Positions 1 through 11,690 of a stretch of DNA of 64,000 nt are shown here, piece after piece. The translations under genes and the position numbers were made by a program. The stretch is taken from assembly GCA_951406725.2 (NCBI GenBank), contig OX597835.1, positions 27,342,001 to 27,406,000 on the forward strand. The letters are read 5' to 3'. Positions within the stretch are counted from its first letter, which is position 1; each line of letters begins with the position of its first letter. The notes beneath the pieces were generated by a model. The model saw nothing but the letters and a program-made list of their open reading frames with translations, was not told the origin of the DNA and ran no database searches. The stretch comes from Octopus vulgaris. Taxonomy: Eukaryota.

Positions 1-1299
1 AGCCACAGCTTACAACGTCAAGTTAAACTCCAGACACATGCAACAAGAGATGATGATTAGAAAAAAACCTTATTGTTACAACTTCCCTGTAAGCCCACTC
101 TCAGCTTCCAAATGCTTACAAGCAAGTTTTAAAGCTTTTAATTTCTTTTGCTAAATTGTCTTGTGGGACTATGGAATACTGACTCATCATCATCATCGTT
201 TAATGTCCATCTTCCATGCATATATGGAAAGGACAACATAGGAGCTGGCCAGGTAGAAAAACACCCTATGCTACTGTCTCTTTGGCAAGACACCTGTTTC
301 TGCCTCATCTGTCTTTTTGTCACCCTCTAACCGTTCATCCTCTGACACGAGTTCCCCTCCTCAGATGCCCTTGCCCCTCTCGTAATTCCTTGTCTTGTGA
401 GTTACATGGTTACCCTACCAGTGCTGGTGCCACACAAAAAAGCATCCGGTCCTCACTGTAAAGTGGTTGGCACTTGGAATGGCATCCAGCTGTAAAAGTC
501 ATGCCAAGACTAACCTCACACACATATATTAATCAGATAACATACTGAGTATGTCTACCTGCTGGAAATAAGTCAAAGCTCTTATTTAAACTGCTAAAAA
601 AAAATGCCGAAAAGTCATTTTAATTTTTCAGCGATTTTAAATATGAGTTTTGACTGTTATTTCCAGCAGGTAGACATACTCAGTATGTCCTTTGATTAAT
701 ATAAATTTTAATCCTTCAGGTATTTAATGCTTTTTGGGGCCTGTAATTGCCTATATTATTACTTCCATTATCATCATTATTATCAATTATCATCAATAAT
801 ATCATCTTCACAAATACTCAATCCGGAATTATTTGCTCCTTATTGGTATATCATCATCATCATTATTGTTTAACATCCACAATAAGCTTCTTTCAGTTTC
901 CTTTTACCAAATCCCTCCACATGGCTATAGTGGAAGACACTTGCCCAAGGCGCCAAGCAGTGGGACTGAACCTGGAACCATGTGGTTGGGAAGCAAGCTG
1001 CACTTGTATTTAAGGAGATTAATAGAATTAATTGATTAGTTTTCATTAGTCAGGTTCGTGCAACCTCTTGCAAGAAGAAAATCAATTCTGCATACACTTT
1101 TCCGGTGCAGCATAGCAAGCCATTTCGTTAATTTGTACTAAGGTGGAAGTGGTTTGTTTTTTTCTTCGTTTATTGGTATTCCGTCAGTTATGACAACAAA
1201 AGTTCCTGTTGATCCGATTGACGGAACAGCCTGCTTGTGAAATTAACATGCAAGTGGCTGAGTGCTCCACAGACACACATACGCTCAATCATTTATCAT

Positions 1300-2190
1300 T
1301 CAGATTATTCTGAATGGGCTGTGACTGCAGAGGACATGCGTGGGCTTGAAAGAAATGAAGCTAGCATGATCTGCTGGATGTGTAATGTCAGTGTGCATGC
1401 ACGACAGCGTGTAAGTGCCCTGAGAGAAATGCTGGACATAAGAAGCATTGGGTGTGGCGTGCAAGAGAGACGTCTGCGCTGGTATGGTCATGTACTACAG
1501 ATGGATGAGGAGAGATGTGTGAAGAAGTGCCACTCCCAAACAGTTGAAGGAATCCAGGGTAGAGGTTCATGGCTGTTTTCTGTACCAGCTTCACATAGAA
1601 GCCCCAGCCCTTCCAAAGTGCCTTAGATCGCAGGACGGCCTGCTGTACTTTCCTTGGATCATAGGGTGACCGGCTGTGCTTGTGGAGACCTATTGAATCA
1701 AGTACATCAGCATCAAAAATCGAATGGAAATTGTGGTTGCTATACCTGTTGCCGGCGGCATGTAAAATGGACCGTCCATATGTGGCCGATGCCAGCGTCG
1801 CCTTGACTGGCTTCCGTGCTGGTGGCATGTAAAAAGCACCAACTGATCATGGCCATTGCCAGCCTCCCCTGGCACCTGTGCCGGTGGCACGTAAAAAGCA
1901 CCATCCGTATGTGGCCGATGCCAGCGCTGCCTTGACCGGCTTCCTTGTCGGTGGCACGTAAAAACCACCAACCGATCATGGCCATTGCCAGCCTCCCCTG
2001 GCACCTGTGCCGGTGGCACATAAAAAGCACCCACTACATGCGTGGAGTGGTTGGCATTAGGAAGGGCATCCGGCTGTAGAAACACTGCCAGATCAGACTG
2101 GAGCCCGGTGCAGCCTCCTGGCTTCCTAGACTCCAGTCAAACCATCCAACCCATGCCAGCTTGGAAAACGGACGTTAAACGATAATGATA
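1300..2190 (+). mobile_element. RTE-type LINE RT C-terminal fragment followed by tandem-array element with (GAT)n tail
   Basis: Translation LERNEASMICWMCNV...RRLRWYGHVLQM...VEGIQGRG is typical of the RTE post-RT region. It is followed by a 62/67-bp unit array and the dispersed ggagtggttggc.ttaggaagggcatcc...cgttaaacgatgatg tail. Confidence 0.75.
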
Positions 2191-2216
2191 TATATATATA
2201 TATAGGCATGTAAGAC

Positions 2217-2426
2217 CTATTTTTTTTTACTACCCTCAAGGGGCTAAACACGGAGGGGACAAACGGATTAAGTGCGTAACTTGGTAACTTGTACTTAATT
2301 TATCGACCCCGAAAGGATGAAAGGCAAAGTCAACCTCGGCTGAATTTGAACTCAGAATGTAACGGCAGACGAAATACGGCTACGCATTTCGCCCGGCGTG
2401 CTAACATTTCTGCCAGTTCGCCGCCT
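2217..2426 (-). mobile_element. SINE family B (core aggtcgactttgcctttcatcctttcggggtcgataaattaagtacc)
   Basis: Dozens of related copies in the window; flanked by 16-bp TSD tataggcatgtaagac (2201-2216 and 2427-2442). Confidence 0.85.
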
Positions 2427-3269
2427 TATAGGCATGTAAGACGGTCTCTAAGTACCCCCCCACGGCTTCCTCCTCCAATAGATTCTCACCGTTTGGTCAA
2501 CAAACTCTTCATCAGAAACTGATAACTGAACGTAATTACTCTCTGTAAACACTCACATCTTTTTTTCTGTTTTTTAAAATTTTCTCTTCTCTCTATCAGT
2601 CTCTTGAGTCTTTATCTACTTCAACTTCTTTCTTGGCAGGTGAATTAATGGTCCCTCGTTCCATCAAGGCAATGGCCTTTTTCTTCACTGGTGGGACCAG
2701 ATGTAAATGTCCCCACAAACTCTCACATGTCACCACCCAGCTCTCACACACTTATCTTAATTTCTTCGCCTGATTATTACATACTCCAGCTGAAGTACAT
2801 ACACACACTGTCACCCCCACTACATCCACCCCACCACCACCATCATTGCTGTTATCATCATCATCATGAATATCTCCACCATCAATATTTGTGTGTATTT
2901 TTGTCTCTCTGTCTCTCTATATATTTTATGTAAGTATATGCTTATATATTTGTGTGTGTACATGTGTGCAGATGTATATGTATACATGTATATATATGTA
3001 TATATATATATGTACATGTATGTGTGTGTTTGTGTCTGAGGAAGCAGAGCAGATGCTAAAATTTACAGGCCTATCTCTCTAACCTCACATGTTAGCAAGG
3101 TGATTGAAATGCATTGTCAGGTGGAGGTTGATCACATTCCTGGAAGAAAATAACTTACAAACGCTCAACATGGCCCCTTTCCAAGCAGGAGCTGCCTCAC
3201 ACAGCTACTACAGCATTATGGCGGGGTGGGTACTGAAGCACCAACTCAACCGTTGAAATGTGAACGTGA

Positions 3270-3398
3270 TGCCATCACTCTCCCTGCAGATGAAATGATC
3301 TTGGCCTTCTTTGGAGCTGGTGAGGAGGGGTGCTTCCACTGCAGGGATCGTCTTTTTATTTCTGGCTCAAAGTATTGAACCTAACATTCATCCTGGGT
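3270..3398 (-). mobile_element. mariner transposase fragment
   Basis: Minus strand translates to TQDEC*VQYFEPEIKRRSLQWKHPSSPAPKKAKIISSAGRVMA, the first-D region of mariner. Confidence 0.75.
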
Positions 3399-3412
3399 TT
3401 GGAAACGTTTAA

Positions 3413-3632
3413 CCCTTTTGTTACTGTATTTATTTTGAGATGCTCTGTGTTTCTTTCAATTACTTTAAATATAACAAAGAATTTAGTAAAATAACTTAGT
3501 TGTCATTCAGCTAGTGTTAGGAACATAAATTGTGACTATGGTTTGGTGGAAGATTTTAATTCAAAACTTATATAAACAAGACATTTGTACTCAGAGCCAG
3601 AGTCGGTTTCAGCCGGGTTGGTAACAAAAGGG
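3413..3632 (+). mobile_element. piggyBac-type MITE (~220 bp)
   Basis: TTAA on both sides with CCCTTTTGTTAC/GTAACAAAAGGG TIRs; further copies near 23.2, 36.0, 36.2, 51.6, 59.9, 62.2 and 62.5 kb. Confidence 0.88.
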
Positions 3633-3699
3633 TTAAGGAAATCACCTGGATCTGCCTTGAAAGGAAGTCAGATTTTCCTGTGATGTGATAAGCCTGATG

Positions 3700-4135
3700 T
3701 GCTTTTGATCTGGTGCCAGAAGATGTGGTACCCAGTGAGTAGAAACCTTCAACTCTGAGCACCTTTTCGAACTCCACCTGTCTAACACCCGTGGACATAT
3801 TTACAAAGTCAGAAAACAGCACAGCTCCCATGACTTTAGGAAACATTTTTTCACGCTGAGAGTTGCTGAAGCATGGAACAGACTGCCGGCATCAGTTGTT
3901 AGTTGTCGGAGCACTGCATCCTTCAAAACCTTCCATGCTTTCTGAGATTCGCCAACACGACACCTGATTTTCTCCCCTCCATACACACGCAAGCATGTAT
4001 CTGATTCATACACTGTTCACTTTCCAGACATTTGTACATTACTGCATATACCCTATACGCACTTTTTGACAAGTTGTGGTGCACCTGAGCACTGTATACA
4101 ATAATTTCATTATTTATTTTATTTTATTTATTTTA
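3700..4135 (+). mobile_element. CR1-type LINE 3' fragment
   Basis: Frame HDFRKHFFTLRVAEAWNRLPASVV...SFK, followed by a 3'UTR and (TTATT)n tail. Confidence 0.75.
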
Positions 4136-4342
4136 TCATGCCAAGTTCATTGTACAGAATATTCTCGACTCTCATGGGATATTCTCACAGCATTGGCTAT
4201 TTGATTTATGATCTATCGCTTGTCGTCCATCATCTTGTGGTGAACACAATGTTTTCCTCAGTAGTAGATGTCCAGACCTACGGTCATCTTCAGGACTCTC
4301 CCTTCCTCTGCTAAATCCAGCTGCCCATTTTTGCACTTTTTT

Positions 4343-4729
4343 TTTTACTTGTTTCAGTCATTTGACTGCGGCCATGCTGGAGCACCGCCTTTAGTCGAGC
4401 AAATCGACCCCGGGACTTATTCTTTTGTAAGCTCAGTACTTATTCTATCGGTCTCTTTTTGCTGAACCGCTAAGTTACGGGGACGTAAACACACCAGCAT
4501 CGGTTGTCAAGCAATGCTAGGGGGATAAACACAGACACACACATACATATATATATACATATATACGACAGGCTTCTTTCAGTTTCCGTCTACCAAATCC
4601 ATTCGCAAGGCTTTGGTCGGCCTGAGGCTATAGTAGAAGACACTTGCCCAAGATGCCACGCAGTGGGACTGAACCCAGAACCATGTGGTTGTTAAGCAAG
4701 CTACTTACCACACAGCCACTCCTGCGCCT
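4343..4729 (-). mobile_element. tRNA-derived SINE family A with internal (TA/CA)n microsatellite
   Basis: Head ggcgcaggagtggctgtgtggtaag...ggttc.gggttcagtccc with Pol III A/B-box-like motifs and tail gaaacaagtaaaagag; many copies in both orientations. Confidence 0.88.
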
Positions 4730-5134
4730 ATTGTTGATAAAGCTGGTGCATCATCCCCCCACATTGCAACCATGTCAGCATGAATATTTTTTTGGGGGGC
4801 GGGGGCTAAATCCTTTGTCTGCAGGCATTTAATAACACCACGATGCCAATGTGTGTGTGTGTGATTTTGTGTGAAGACACTTGACTTAGTGGTTACAGTG
4901 CTGCACTCACGATTGCACTTCATTTCACATTGCTTAATGATCATTTTGTCATCTGACATGTGGGCACCCAGTTGCACCTGTACAGGTAACATCGATCTGA
5001 TGGAGGGAGTGAGTTTATGTCTACACAAACTTTTGATCACTTTAAACAAATCATCTATGTGGTTGTTTGGTAAGAAATTGTTGAACCCTCAAACATTGTC
5101 TAACAGTGGGAGAGTCCATCATCATCACATGCAC

Positions 5135-5603
5135 ACACACCTCGAAAGAGTCCAGAAGCTGGCTACCCGCATGGTTTTTGGTCTCAAGCATTTGTCTTAT
5201 GAAGAAAGGCTGAAGACGCTCGACCTTTATTCTCTAGAAAAACGCCGCCGCCGTGGTGATCTCATTCTTCGCTCACAACATCATAAGCAGAAAGTGTAAC
5301 CTCTCGAAAGAGCTGTTCTTCACACCTACTCCAGAGCGTCGGCTGCGGGGTCACTCCGAAAAGCTCTATCTGCGACGATTTCATCTCAATCGAAGGATAG
5401 GGGCTTTCTCTGTCCTGGTTGCGGATCCGTGCAATAAGCTGCCGGACGAGATAGTGAAGATGCCGACGACCGCTCGGTTCAAAGTCTCCCTTGACCAGAA
5501 GTGGCATGTTCTCTTTGCATGAACACCACCCTGTACATAACTCCATGTCCCCCTACATGGCCTTGCTTTTTGCTTTTTGAACCAAAAAATTAACTTAACT
5601 TAA
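5135..5603 (+). mobile_element. CR1-type LINE 3' end
   Basis: [42 protein letters not shown]...RLRGH...NKLPDEIV...FKVSLD with a (TTAAC)n tail; same family at 45401-45651 and 53270-53495. Confidence 0.88.
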
Positions 5604-6590
5604 CACACATCCACACAGTGGGTTTCCTGGAGCTATAATAGAAGGTACCACACCAAAGGACGGAACCTGAAACCATTTGATTATGAAAAGAACCTTTTAA
5701 TTACTCAGCTAGGCAGAAACACTCACGCACATACACATACATTCATACAGTAGGCTTCCTGCAGTTTCCATCTGCCAAATTCCTTCACATGGTTTTAGTC
5801 AGCCTGGGGCTATAATAGAAAAAAATTTCCCAAGGTACCACACACAGGGACTGAACTCTAAGCCTGTGAGTTACACAGCCAGGTGGGAATGGCTGTGCAA
5901 TTAAGAAATAAAAGGTAATGGGGCTATGCAGAACTGGTGCGGGCTGCTTCCTGCACCAGTTCCGCATAACCCCAGCCCATTCAAAGTACCTTGGATTTCA
6001 GAACAACCCGCTGTGCTTGAGGAGACCTATTGAGTCAAGTACATGAACATCAAAATAAATATCAATGGAAATAGTAGTTGTGATACCTAAGCCAATGGCA
6101 CATAAAAAGCACCATCCGAACGTGGATGATGCCAGCGCCGCCTTCACTGGCTTCTGTGCCGGTGGCATGTAAAAAGCACCATCTGAACGTGGCCGATGCC
6201 AGCGCCGCCTTGACTGGCTTCTGTGCCGGTGGCACGTAAAAAGCACCAGCCGATCATGGCCGCTGCCAGACACCCCTGGCACCTGTGCTGGTGGCACGTA
6301 AAGAGCACCCACTACACTCATGGAGTGGTTGGTGTTAGGAAGGGCATCCAGCTGTAGTAACACTGCCAGATCAGACTGGAGCCTGGTGCAGCCTCCTGGT
6401 TTCCCAGACCCCGGTCGAACCGTCCAACCCGTGCTAGCATGGAAAATGGACATTAAATGATGATGATGATGAATTAGTGTATTAATTAATGATGTATAAT
6501 TTTCCTTTGTCGTTATGCTTTATATTTCAGAATCCAAAACCATCCTGACAACAATACCAATGTACTGCTATGTCGACACATTAAGTCAAT

Positions 6591-7831
6591 ATGACAATCA
6601 TGGAAAACCTGAAACAATCTCAGTCACAAATAGATATTTCTGTATCAACATCTACACCAAAGTGTGCTCGTCCAAAGAAGAAAGGAGCACTTAGCAAGTT
6701 AGTCGAGAAGAAACGAAGAGACTCTCTCTCCGAGGTCAGCAGTGATGCTATCTCAGTTCAGTCGATGAGAGATGACCTGTTACTTCAGCAGCTTCCCAGT
6801 ACGATATCGACAGTTACAAACACAGCAAGCATGATAGAAGTTGAGCATTCACAAGTAAATTGCGTGCCACAGTTTCAAGAAGAAATTCGCGAACAAGTTC
6901 ACTTTAGAAATGGAATCCTTACCCAAGACTCCTCTACTGATGACATTTCTCAGAAACATAACAACTCAATATCGACACTGGATACACTAAATGCTGAGTC
7001 ACTGTGTACCACTAAGCCCTCTCAAAGTTCTACTTTTGTAACACAGCCAAATAATCAGGGTCATACACTGACGAGGACCAGCAGTGGTACCCTACTTCCG
7101 AAACAGACCGAAAGGTTTGTGTCTGACACAAATTCGCATCCTTTTAGGCATTTCAAAGTTGCCACCGAAGACAGCAGGTCGTTGAAATCTGCAAGATCGT
7201 CTCCCTTTCAACCGAAACCCCCTGTGACCCCTCGAAGGAGTCCGTCTTTGTCTTCTGTTAAGCAAGAAAACGATTCTAATTCTCTCCCTTATGAACACAA
7301 AATACAACGACAACAACAAGAGGAAGCACAACGACAACAGCAGGAACTGCAGCTAAAGGAACAACAACATCAACAACAACGGCAGCAGCAGCAACTGCAG
7401 CAGCAGCAAATGCAGAAAGAGATTTTGCAGCAACCACAAAACAAAGGAGAGAACATCAAACTGCCATACCTGTCAAACAAAGAAAATAGTGACGAGCTAA
7501 TTAATCAATCTGAACTTACTTATCCTAAAAAGCTGACTCTCTCCCCGGAATTACGTCACATACCTAGTTGGCAGTTCGACTACGACAGCTCGGATTTCTC
7601 ATCCACTAACAGCAGAATCAACGACTCGCCTTCATGCTCAATGATAAACAACAATTTGCGGAGACTGTCTCCTCTTTCTAGTCCCATCATGGCTTCGCCT
7701 TATAATCGAAACAGCACATTGCGCGGCACCTTCAAGTCAGAGCCCACATTTAATGTGTCGCCGAGCGTATTATCCACTTTCTCGTCAACATCAGCATTGC
7801 CGGCTATCACAATTGAAAAAGCAAGATCAAG
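6591..7831 (+). CDS. INPP5E: INPP5E coding exon 1 (low-complexity S/T/P/Q-rich N-terminus)
   Basis: 413-codon open frame. Acceptor tttcag at 6525-6530 followed by an in-frame stop before the ATG at 6591. Donor AG|gtaata at 7831/7832 (phase 2) joins exon 2 in frame. Confidence 0.88.
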
Positions 7832-10800
7832 GTAATAAAAATTATTTTCTTTTTGTATTTTGGGTTTGAAAATTTAAAATAAAAAAAAAACAGTGGCTGT
7901 GTGGTAAGTAGCTTGCTTACAAATCACATGGTTCCGGGTTCAGTCCCACTGCGTGGCACCTTGGGCAAGTGTCTTCTACTATAGCCTTGGGCTGACCAAA
8001 GCCTTGTGATTGGATTTGGTAGATGGAAATTGAAAGAAGCCCATCGTATATATATATATATATGTGTGTGTGTATATTGTTTGTGTGTCTGTGTTTGTCC
8101 CCCCAACATTGCTTGACAACCAATAATGGTATGTTTACGTCCCTGTAACTTAGCGGTTCGGCAAAAGAGACTGACAGAATAAGTACTAGGCTTCCAAAGA
8201 ATAAGTCCTGGGGTTGATTTGCTCGACTAAAGGCGCTGCTCCAGCATGCTAGATCAAATGCATAGTGGTATTTTGTCTGTCACTACTTTGTGAGTTCAAA
8301 TTCCACCAAGGTCAGCTTTGCCTTTCATCCTTTTAGGGTTGATAAATTAAATACCAGTTGTGTACTGAGGTTGATCTAATTGACTGGCCCCTTCTCCCAA
8401 AATTTCAGGCTTTGTGCCTATAGTAGAATGGATTATTATTATTATTAAGGCAGCGAGCTGGTAGAATCGTATGCATGTTGGGCAAAATGCTTCGCAGTAT
8501 TTCATCTGTCTTTACGTTCTGAGTTCAAATTCCGCCAAGGTCGACTTTGCCTTTCATCTTTTCAGGGTTGATAAAATAAATACCAGTGAGACACTGGGGA
8601 TCGATGCCATTGACTTACCCCCTCCCCCAAAATTTCAGGTCTTGTGCCTTCAGTAGAAAGAATTATCATCATTATTATTGCCGTTGCCAGCCTCGCCTGG
8701 CCTCCATGCCGGTTGCATGTAAAAAGCACCATCCAATCGTGGCCGTTTGCCAGCCCTGCTAGGCACCTGTGCCGGTGGCACGTAAAAAGCACCCACTACA
8801 CTCCTGGAGTGGTTGGCGTTAGGAAAAGCATCCAGCCGTAGAAACATTGCCAGATCAGACTGGCCTTGGTGCAGCCTTCTGGCTTCCCAGACCCCAGTTG
8901 AACCGTCCAGCTCATGCCAGCATGGAAAGCGGACGCTAAACGATGATGATGATTATTAAGGAAGCAAGCTGGCAGAATCGTTAGCACGCTTAGTGATATT
9001 TCTTCTGTCTTCATATTCTGAGTTCAAATTCTGCTGAGGTCAGCTTTGCCTTTCATTCTGTTGGGGTTGATAAAATAAAGTACCAGTCAAGTGCTGGGGT
9101 TGATGCTATCAACTAGCATCTTTTCCCTAAATATTTCAGGTCATGTGCTTTTAGTGGAAAGAATTTATTAATGAAAACAATTGCAGCATGGAAGGTGTTT
9201 ATAAGCCATTTAAGAAACACAAAAAAAACGTTAGATTCACTTCAACATTTAAATTCAATTTGTCAAAATATTTTCATCGCTTTGAGACCGCGACCTTTTC
9301 ACTGACAAAATTCCGTACTGAATTTATTAATGATATGAGTCAAAAGATGGGTCTAGGTACCAACAGCAAGTAAATAAATATATAAATAAATAGTGATAGG
9401 GGCCATCTCAAAAAAAAAACTCCATTAATATGCAAACAGAAATCTCTCTCTCTCTTGTCAAGCTTGCTCAGACATTTTTAACCTGTAGTGACGTCATTCT
9501 TCAGTGTGTGTGTGCGGGGCTGGAAACTTCTGAAAAGGCCTAAGGAAGTTCCCTAATGCACATGCGCTAAAAACTGGGGAGAATTCTATGGCATTCGTTG
9601 AAGAGAGAAGACGTGTTATCAGCCTATTCTCCTGTCCCAGACGCTTGGGATTTGACCGGCTCTGTTGCTGCTGGAGTTGTTGTGAGGTTTATCTTTACAA
9701 ATGTTTAACTTCAGTCTTGCTGTACCTACACCAAGTGGTTACCAATTTACCAACGTTCCTTCTTTATGTAAATAACGAAATAAAGTGTCATATTTTCTAA
9801 GGTTGCTTTCTTGTTCCTGACGCCGGTAGTTTTTGGAAACAAAGAAGGAAATTGTGTTGCACCCAAACAGTGCAAAAGACCCAACCTGTTCCAGACAGTT
9901 CCTTTACAAACCCATGTTGGCCATCCATTTGAGTCCTGTATTAGTTGAGGGAGGTCTTTAAGGAGACATCAGGTGTCTCAGATGAGTTGACCTACATACA
10001 TTGTGTTCAGACAATCTGCTCTAGTATGGCCATGGTTTTCCATCCATAGCAAAGGAGAATGGGCACCAGTCAGCCCAAAGGTTAGGGTGGGCTGCACCTG
10101 CTTTCCTCAGTTGGTATGGCATTGAGGTAGATCCAGCCACCCCTGTTAACTCTTGTTTAGCTCACCAGAAATTTCCTGCAAAGCACAAACGCATTTGCCT
10201 GATAGTGGGTGGGTGGGTGGTTGAGACAGGCAAGCAAGATCTCCATACATTTGTTTCTTGCTGGGATAAATTCTCCACCGGTGTCACATAAAAAGCACCC
10301 ACTACACTCTCGGAGTGGTTGGCATTAGGAAGGGCATCCAGCTGTAGAAACTCTGCCAAATCAAGATTGGGGCCTGGTGCAACCACCTGGTTCGCCAGCC
10401 CTCAGTCAAAATCGTCCAACCCATGCTAGCATGGAAAGCGGAAGTTAAACGATGATGATGATGATATATTTAAGATTGCTCTTAACATTTGGTTGTAAGT
10501 TCCATCTGGTTTGGCCTTCACTTTTTCGGTGTCTGAAAAAAAAGCAAGAATTAATGGAATGCTAAAACAGTTTTTTAAGGAAATATACAGTGAGGTAGTT
10601 TGTTCTTTCTTTTATTAATTATATATATATTTCTTTTTCTTTTCTTTTACTCATTTTAGTCATTACACTACGGCCATGCTGGGGCACTGCCTCGAAGAAG
10701 TTTTTAGTCAAATGAATCGGCCCTAGTACTCTTTTTTTTTTCCAAGTCTGGTACTTATTCTATTGGTCTCTTTTTGCTGAACCTTTAAGCTACAGGGATG

Positions 10801-11601
10801 TAAACAAACCAACACTGGTTGTCAAGTGGTGGGGGACAAATATACACAATCTATACGAGGGGGCTTCTTTCTGTTTCCACCTACCAAATCTACTTGCAAG
10901 GTTTTGGATGGCTCAAGGCTGCAGGAAAAAACCACTTATTTGCTCAAGGTGCCATGCAGTGGGACTGAACCTGGTACCACGATGCTGGAAAGCAAACATC
11001 TTACCACACAACTATAGTAAAATTAGGAATAGCATGTTGATTAAGATGCTTAGGTGTTAATATGGATTTTTATGGGTAGGGGTGCTCCAAAAGGGGTCTC
11101 AGGGAGTAGAATCCCTACCTTCTTGAGCTAGTTTTCCACCACATTTCTTAAAAATCATGGTAGAGTTCTTGGTCTCGGGACCACTCATGTCTAGAAACAG
11201 AAGTTGAGGGTAAGCAAGGGCATGCTCCCCATAGAAAATCCAGCTCCAAAAAAGCCTCATGATAGCAAAGAGAATGGGCACCAGCCAGCCCAAAGGTTAG
11301 GGTGGGCTGCACTGGCTTTCCTCAGTTGCTATGGCATTGAGGTAGATCCAGCCACCCCCTTTAATAGGGACAAAACCCGGATTTAAAACACTGGATGATG
11401 ATAAGGTTTGAAATTATATTTCTTAAAAGCTGCAGTAAACTGTTTTAGAATCACGAGTCTGTGCAGTCCTTTGATCTGCTAGAAATAACAGCTGAATCTC
11501 TTATAGTGTCACACCCTGCTATCTTATGCCTCCTATATTTAAACCATATTTTAACAATGACACACACATACATACACACACACACATACACACACACACA
11601 C

Positions 11602-11690
<89 letters not shown>

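Noticed and set aside
1745-2035. CRISPR-like look (25-nt repeats with 37-42-nt spacers)
   Set aside because: Spacers are not unique but alternate between two types that recur across the window; there are no cas genes; the context is a eukaryotic retroposon.
4504-4832. Recurrent ORFs such as [33 protein letters not shown]
   Set aside because: Antisense translation of SINE family A, repeated throughout the window.
7092-7337. Antisense 81-aa ORF inside INPP5E exon 1
   Set aside because: Shadow ORF of a real coding exon, with no independent evidence.
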